A DNA stretch of 64,000 nucleotides from Iphione sp. A-MEVVRFRX5 (Eukaryota): the NCBI GenBank assembly GCA_976226885.1, contig OZ320317.1, forward strand, positions 60,202,001-60,266,000, written 5' to 3'. Of this stretch, positions 56,001 through 64,000 are shown in pieces. Numbering within the stretch: the stretch's first letter is position 1; every line of letters begins with the position of its first letter. A program made the position numbers and the translations under genes. The notes under the pieces are model-generated. The model saw only the letters and a program-made list of their open reading frames with translations, made no database searches and was not told the origin of the DNA.

Positions 56001-59000
56001 TAAAATACATTATTACTATCTAGAACAGTGCTATATTGGCTTTATACTGTATTTCTGCGACCTTGTCGGCTAATACAGATACGCTCTACTGCAGACACAT
56101 TGGCAAAAGTTTCCTCAGCTTCTGCAGTGGAGAGCTTCCGCTGTAATATTGTACTGTATTAATACTCCAGCGTGTAGAGGAGTCAGTAGAATGTTAACTA
56201 AAAATTTGTTTCAGAGAAGAACACATGTAGTTTGATAGTTCTCCTTCTTAACAGCCGCAAACACAAAAAATGTCTCTCAAATGTGTGATGCGCAAATACT
56301 GTTAAGTAATGCAGTAACAGTGGCTTCTCTGATGTGTTCAAGTATATCCCTTTACACCACTAAGAAGCCAAGGTTTGCACCAATATTAAATCAAACCAAT
56401 TTACTAGATTTCAAAGTATATGTAAGAATTTCTCTATCTATCAGTTCAACCTTCCTTCCTACCTTTTTGTCTGCACTGCTTATCGCTCGTCTTGTGCTTG
56501 ATGATTGCAGTGTTTGAGAGTGTGGTAGGTTGGTGATAGAGGAAACCATGGGTCCCTATATACACTTGGAGATAATTGGTTATTAAGGGACAAAACTATT
56601 CTGGATGTATAGTCGATATTACATCTATGTGCAAGATATCTGTAGCCTCTTAGAAGTCTCCTTGGCAAAGGTTGAACACCTGGCATAACTCCGTCGTTTA
56701 TACATTTGATAGGTACTGCCATTTTTACATATGGCTGACGTTGAGGTTGCTGCTATGTAGTTTTTTTTAGTTAAGTTAACTTATCAAATGGTGTTTTTTT
56801 CTGCCACACATGTAATATGATACATCTGTGTTGCTACTATAGAGATAGAGTTTAAATAACACCCTTCTGCACTACAACTGGTTGTAATACAGTGAAGCCT
56901 TTGTACAACAGACATCAATGGGACTGTACTAAAAGCGTCCGTAGTGAGGGTTGTCCGCTGTATCCGATTTGCCACCTCTCCCTGCCTCTCTCCAAAGTAT
57001 AGACATTGTATTACTTAGACAGTAGAGGCACTCCACAGTACTGAATAAAGACAATAATCAAGGTTTTGTGCCTGGCTCCTCCCGAACTCTTCCAGCCCTT
57101 ACAACACACCTTTCTCAGGTGTTGGTAGGTATCTCTCACTGTTGCCCTGCTCCGCCCGACCTCTCCTGGCCTTTCCCTCACACCTCCCTCAGGTGTGAGC
57201 GCATCTGAGGATATGGTCAGTATTGTTGCACAGGTGCTCCTGACCTCTCCTAGCCCCTCCCTCACACCTTCCTCAGGTGCTGTCTGCTGTAAACCGTGTA
57301 AAATAACCCTTTGGGGCAGAGTAGAGTGTGTCCAGAAGTGGATGTCCAATGTAGTTGAGTGTCCGCAGTGGCCGAGCAAGGTTAAACATGATATATAGGC
57401 TTTTTGTTTGGGACTGGAGTAAATGTTTCCCTTGCAAGAGTTGTCCAGAATGGCAATGTGTCCGTAGTGAGGGTTTCAATGTATTCACATCAGTAAGTAG
57501 TATCAGATATATTAGGGTAAGGAAAAATTGATAAGAGGACATCCATGCCAAATACAGTGCTTCCAAGTAACCTCCACTTTAGCGCCAGTGGTGATATGAG
57601 TATTTCATTTGATCTCATTTCATTGTATCTTTAACCACGAATATATTCACCTATCATCAAGACAGGGCTCTTCCATATCCTCCTGGGGTAGCATACTAGC
57701 ATCTATTATTCAAAATTGAGATGAGACTGGTATGTCAGCTGATGTTTTGATGATCTTACTGAAGTTAACCGAAGGTGCTACAATGGCATATTTATGTATG
57801 TATGTACGCATATGGTTTTTGTATGCATTTCAGAGAAAATGTCCTTGGATTTCATACAACCTTAGGTGAATCTCCTTGAGCATGCTCATCTACTGCAGGT
57901 TGCCAACAGACTCCAGCTGGCATATCCCTGACCATGCTACTCCGGGGAGGACTGCAAACAATTTTGAAGTTGACCTCGACTTCACTCTTACACGTAAACC
58001 ATGAAGTATTGGTACATTACTGCTTGTTCCCAATGTATTACCATTATTTACAGCAGTAGAAACATACAAATATGCATATCTAAATATGCATGTGTATACA
58101 AAAAACACTATAAATAGTATCAGAATGTGATCACTCAAATAACACCTAGATTTCATGAACTCATATGTTCATTTCCATGTAACTGATGAAAAAACTCCTA
58201 CAGGATCATACTATCATCGACGTTGTGACCTTATTTCATTAATATATCAATGTTCTAAATTCATTTATCTATAAACAGTAAAACTGGAGTCGCACTCTAC
58301 TATTGCACAAAAGAATTAAATCTTGCAAGGATGAATTTAGAATAACAAATTGATGAAAAGTTAATTAGATTGAATCTAGTTTTCAAATAATCAGAGGAAT
58401 AAGATAAGTTCACAAACTTGAACATCCCTAAATTTAGGGTGTCTGCAGAAGCAACGAAAACTTATTGCTTGACATACTGTAACTAGTCAATAAATTTTTC
58501 AGAGGGTTTATTATGTCGCCTATACGGTATCATCAAATATAAAATTACCCCAAAATTGATATATGCCATCAACTTTTCATTGAGGATCTCAGTCGGTTTT
58601 TGCGGCGGCGGGGGTTTGCCTGTTGTAAAGTCAAACTATATTTTAAGAAGTTTACACATAATTTTACATCAGATTAAAGTAGCATGGTTGAAATGGCTAG
58701 TACTCATGAAAAAGCCAAATACGAAAACACTAGAATGAACAGGGTCACTGATCAAAATGATAAAAACCATTGTATCAAAGCTCCCCACGCTGACTTATGC
58801 CCTATGTTTAAAAGATTTGCCCTGTTTTGTATACACTCCCTATATAAAACGTTGCCTGAAAGTAGTACCAGCCATGGAGAGGAGGTCTCATGATTACAAG
58901 ACATTTCTCAAGTCTTGTAATTTGCATTATTTCATATGTAAATGTGAATAGTTTTTAGATCCATGGACAACTGCATATATTTTCTGTCACAAAAGAGAAT

Positions 59001-59100
59001 ACAAAGGAAAACACAACAAAAACACGGCCCTAATTTTTCAGAGCTGAGTAGGGATATCACTTTGCTACAAAATGCACACCCCCAGAGACTGTGTGTGGCC

Positions 59101-59147
<47 letters not shown>

Positions 59148-59523
59148 GACGCCTCTGTATGTCCAGTCAAGCAAAACCGAGGGTTGTAAAATACACTCTC
59201 TTCACCACTACTTCTCTGCTGGAGAGAGAGAGAGATGTATACAACCAGTGCAGACGCCGAAGGCACTTATTTCATATAAATTGGCTGGAAAGAATCAGCG
59301 GCTGCACCAAATATAACGATGTGGATCATGAGAGTTCAGCTTTCAAGGATCTTCTCATTTCATTAGAAGTCATCAGCAACTTGAAGTATTGTTAGCTTCG
59401 GCCATTGTGAAGAATAAACCTCCAGTCAGAGTACAATTAACAAGTGGTTTTATTTCTGAGGAACATCCAGCCAGCAATGGTACAATCCAACAACTGCCAA
59501 TAATCCCTCCGTGATCCCCCTTA

Positions 59524-60127
59524 GGCTGGCTTTCCATGCATGCAGATACGCACCTGCGGAAATGCACCTGCGGGTGTGTGAAATAACGATTCTATGACTT
59601 TCAACATGATTGTTTCCAAGTCTGCGTTGTGCGTGGTGCATGTGCGTGGTGCGGAAAAGTGCATGGGCAGAAAACAGACCTGGGCCGTAAATTTCCGCAC
59701 TACGCATGTGCACGCACCAGTAGGATAGATAAATGAACCTTTTCAGCAGGATAGACATTGTCTATCACTTGATAGATGTTGTGAATTATTTTCTAATTTG
59801 CATGTCATTTGGATAAAAACTGCACAGTTTCCACCAATATGCTTCAAATCCGTGAAAAACTGCACAATTTCCACTGATATGCTTCAAACTCCATGAAAAA
59901 CTGTGCAATTTCCACCAATATGCTTCAAACTCCATGAAAAACTGCACAATTTCCACTGATATGCTTCAAACTCCATGAAAAGTTGCACCATTTCTCTCTC
60001 TCTCTCTCTCTCTCTCTGTGTACACACATACATGGAAAGCACCAGTGCGGAGGGGTGCGGAAACAGGGCCGATTTTCCGGACAACCACGCAGTGCATAGA
60101 AATCTCCGCATGCATGGAAAGCTGGCC
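59524..60127. mobile_element. PIF/Harbinger-type MITE with an internal ~41-bp tandem repeat
   Basis: TTA TSD at 59521-59523 and 60128-60130. The 20-bp TIR GGCTGGCTTTCCATGCATGC has 2 mismatches. Four ~41-bp units occupy 59816-59990. Confidence 0.8.
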
Positions 60128-61124
60128 TTAAATACAAGAAACGTTCCCTCCGCCCCTCCACCTGAAAACCCTCCGCAAAATATGCACTAGCCCTCCCTCC
60201 ACCGCTCCTCTACAACAGTATCTTTATCCTATCACCTATATTATGTGCTACAAGAATAATATGCATTTCAATTTAAACACATGAAATCAGACTTTTGCTT
60301 ATCTTGACTACTCCATCCATAACCCCCCCCCCCCATCTAAATCATTATCCACCTGATTCGCCTGTGGGTATTAATAGCATGTAATGTAAATGTGCTGAAC
60401 AGTGTACATTTGACGCCAGCCTTAGTTAAACCCAGCCACGAAAATATTCGGTCACCTGAGTTGACGTTGGTGCTACCTTTGATAAGGTATCAAACTTTAG
60501 TTATATAAATGTATGCCCCAAGTGTTGATGCAGAGCAGCTGGGGGGATATCAGGAGGTGTAACACTCTCACCTTCATCTGACTGACGAGGTGCGCTAGTA
60601 GCAGTGAGAGGAGGGAGTCTGCCGTATGTAGAATGAGAGTGACAAATTGGGTGGGGCAGTCATTGATACCACAGGACCGGTGACCACACGCTCAGGTTAC
60701 TGACTACCGACACTGCTGGCAGGCTCACAGTGGCATGTACTGGGGCAACATGTCCGAGCACGGGTACACAACTTACGAGTGCCTACATCATGACAGCCTT
60801 ACTTGTCATATACTCATGCCTCTTAAACCACGAATGGGACTGGAATATATTGCCCTTATCTATGAGTTGCGTTGCTAGACGAATCAGTTTTATAAGAAAT
60901 ATTACATTACAAAATGTGCGGATCTGTGCTTGTTCGCACATAGTGAACATGATTATGAATTGTTATAGGCCATTGTGAAACAGTTCACTCTGAGATGCAT
61001 GAATTAAGTACATACATGTATATGGTTTTGCATGATATTCATAGAAAAACAGGACACAGTGTGTGCCTATTTTCTGTTAATATCCAAGAATTGTGTCTCA
61101 TATATGACAATTTTTGAAAATATT

Positions 61125-61400
61125 TAGAATAGAATAGAATAGAATAAAGTTTATTGATCCAAATCTTCATGAATCCACAAAGTTCTCCTTGGACAATGTA
61201 CTTAACATATATACAAATGACGAACAGGACACATAACGGCACAAGACAATGACAGGACATTCACAATACGGTTATAGGTACAGATTAGGTAGGGGAACAA
61301 TCAGCTACTGTGATTAATGACATATACCAGTATGCTCTGGACAGCAACACAGAGAAGCACGGTTAACATAAGTGAAGCATTATCAATGTAAGCTCAAAGC
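61125..61400 (-). mobile_element. 3' tail of a CR1/L2-like LINE or related SINE; the 5' extent is uncertain
   Basis: On the minus strand, AATAAA is followed by an (ATTCT)n tail. Confidence 0.45.
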
Positions 61401-62689
61401 GGCCTCGGCCTCAGTAGTCTAATGTGTTGGACCTACTACAGAGAAGTTTGTATAGAGTAAGAATAGATACATGCAGCAGGGAAGTAATGCAAAGTTAATA
61501 TGCGAGTAAACCTCTCTCGGTGAAGCAGCGGTATGTCACATCTATACCAATATGCCTTGGACTACAGAATAGATATGCGCGGTTACACAGATGAAGCATT
61601 ATCTCTGTCAGCAAAAGTGGAAGTTTAATATGTTAGACAAACAAAAGAACATGCATACAGACAGAGACACTTAGTCGGTCAGCGGATACAACTCTTTATG
61701 TGAAGCAGCGGTACGTCAAATCTAAAACTAACATTGCAGCAGTAGGACGGCACACATGCAATTAGCGGTTAATCTATCTAATTATGGCAGCACAAGCACA
61801 CGAAACGATCACTAATAAGCGGTTGACATCCGTCCAGTTAGCATTTTACACGTCAGACCTCACCTCGCAAGATCCTACCCTCCCACCCCTTCTATTGTCG
61901 GCCAGTATACCATGCCCCCTTCGGCCCCATCGATTATGTCGAGGTTTTGTTACAGTGATACGGTAGTATGCACATATTCGTTCGTCCCTGTGGATTACAG
62001 TCTAAATCCGATGACAAGTGTTAAATAAGTGGGTGATATGGTAGTATACACATATGCGTTCGCACTTCACTGTTTTACCACCTCTTACCCCACTACCTCC
62101 CCTGCAGCATAGTCTCAGCTCTCCTTTTGCCAGACCCCAAGGATGAGCTTACCCAGTTCCTGATGTTAGGCTTCCTCACATCCTTGAGGCACTTGGGAAT
62201 TTTGTTATTTCAACCACAGGGCAGATTTTGTAAACATTGAAAAATTGTTAAATGAATAATAAACTATTTATTTCCATTTATTGTCTATAAATAGGTGATG
62301 ATGGGTTGTTTACAATCCAACAGATGTATATATTTGATAAAAGAGTCATTAAAAAACGTAAGGTAGACGACACTAGTTATGGAATGGAAGGTCGTGTAAA
62401 TAAATAGAATTCCTCTCTGTCTTCGATAAATCAAAGTTACATTGCACGCTTTCTATTCACAGTTTGATTATGTAGCCATGTGATAGATGTTGTATATATT
62501 TTAAATATAAAGCATCCCTAGTATTAAGCTATGTATATACAAGCATGTACATATAGTACTCATCGTAAGAGACAATTTTGTAGCAGAATTCGATGGCACC
62601 GCTGGATTGCCAGGGTAAATAAAATTTGAAAAATAAAATCAGTCGATAAATTGATAGTCCCATACTTCTAAGAGGTATTCTCAAGTTTG

Positions 62690-63831
62690 TCAACTAGCCT
62701 CTGGCCTAGTGGAACAAAGAATGTATGTTGTAATGATATATTCAACAACCAATACAAAAGCGTTTGAAAGGGTGGATTTTTCAATATTAATACACAAATT
62801 AGTTGGTCCAGGGTTGGGTGCGGGTCAATTAAAGCTGATTCAATCATATTTCTGTGACAGATATACGTCACATGCAATGGTGGTAAGTCTACAAGCAGGC
62901 AAGTAGTTCTGGGGGTGCCCCAAGGAAGTATCTTTGGGCCCCTCCTGTTTGCCATTTTGATAAACGACATTTCAGACCATATCAGCATGACCAATAGTAT
63001 TCTTTATGAATATGATGGATGATGTGACCATTTATACAGCAGCTAGTAATTTAATGATGTTACGGCTAAAATTGCAAAAGAGTTTAAAGGGTGTTTCAGC
63101 ATGGGCTAAAGCAAATGGGTTACAAATAAATGAGGATAACACGGTATACACAGGTTTGGGAAAGGGAGGAGAATGTGATCTAGATCTATACTTGAATGGC
63201 AAAAAGATAAAGGTCGACTGTAGTCCCAAATTGCTGGGCTACAGATTAGATGCAAAGCTATCTTGGATTAACCATATTAATGATGTTAGGAAAACGGTTA
63301 GGAAATGCAGCCTTTTGTTGTCTAAGTAGGGACATGTTCTACCATTTGGGGTGAAATTACAAACCTTTAGTCATTGTCAATAATACGAAGCATTTTGTTA
63401 ATTCATAGAATGCACCAATGGGGGTACTGCAAGAAGAAAAGAAAAAGAAGACAAGACGTGGAGTTGGGACCCACATCAAACAAATAAGGCCTAAAGGTTT
63501 CCTAATAAAGAATAGTTTTTATTATATTAGTTTTAGGTGTTTCCACCAGGGTGACCGTATATGAGTTCATAAAATCTCCACTTGGCACCTGCCACTCTCG
63601 CCCTTAAATAGGATCTCCTACCGGAACATATGAAGAGAAGGCACCGGATTACAATCGAGAACATTCTATCCGTAGATGCAATATCTAAATATCTTCCTAG
63701 TTAAACCTTCATACATATTATCATGTAAAATCCTTCTAGTTAGACTTTTTCTTACTCCTTATCACGTTAATACCTCATTTTTGTGTAACTGAGATGTGAT
63801 AATAAACTCAACTCAACTCAACTCAACTCAA
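62690..63831 (+). mobile_element. 5'-truncated, frameshifted CR1/L2-type LINE (RT relic)
   Basis: [25 protein letters not shown]...[11 protein letters not shown] (YADD-like), LLG...D.KLSW..HI. It ends in AATAAA plus a (CTCAA)n tail at 63801-63831. Confidence 0.85.
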
Positions 63832-64000
63832 TATTGTTCTACTCCAAACGAAAATCTTGCAGACGATGAGGTATGATGAGTCACACATGCAAGTCAACTC
63901 AGAAGTCAACACAGTGCTGCCACCTGTAATTGTATGCACATATCCACCCTCTGACGAGAGATAATTAGGACAATGCAACCCAGGTGCATCCCCAAGGGGA

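Overview
Eukaryotic (animal, probably marine invertebrate) genomic DNA with GT-AG introns, microsatellites and nested transposons. 1-9.3 kb holds the 3' part of a spliced polycystin-1-like (PKD1L) gene. 14.4-16.3 kb holds an iduronate-2-sulfatase-like gene with a single coding exon on the minus strand. 19585-41960 is a full-length 22.4-kb Maverick/Polinton (endogenous polintovirus) with ~95-bp TIRs, AGT-repeat ends and a perfect GTGGTG target-site duplication. Its core block encodes pPolB, packaging ATPase (one apparent frameshift), integrase with chromodomain, minor and major capsid proteins, a basic core protein and an adenain protease. Its most unusual features are: a six-intron pPolB ending in a NADAR-like domain plus C4 zinc ribbon; a candidate VA-RNA-like Pol III RNA; a peptide with two foamy-virus-type YNLR chromatin-binding motifs; a BIR/IAP protein; two LRR-mucin type I membrane proteins; and a four-member unknown gene family, one member spliced to a PC4-like domain. 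To the right lie a DIRS/Ngaro relic interrupted by a Crypton relic and a MITE, then minisatellites, MITEs and LINE fragments. All protein family calls are from motif recognition by eye, and all splice models are manual. No database search was run.
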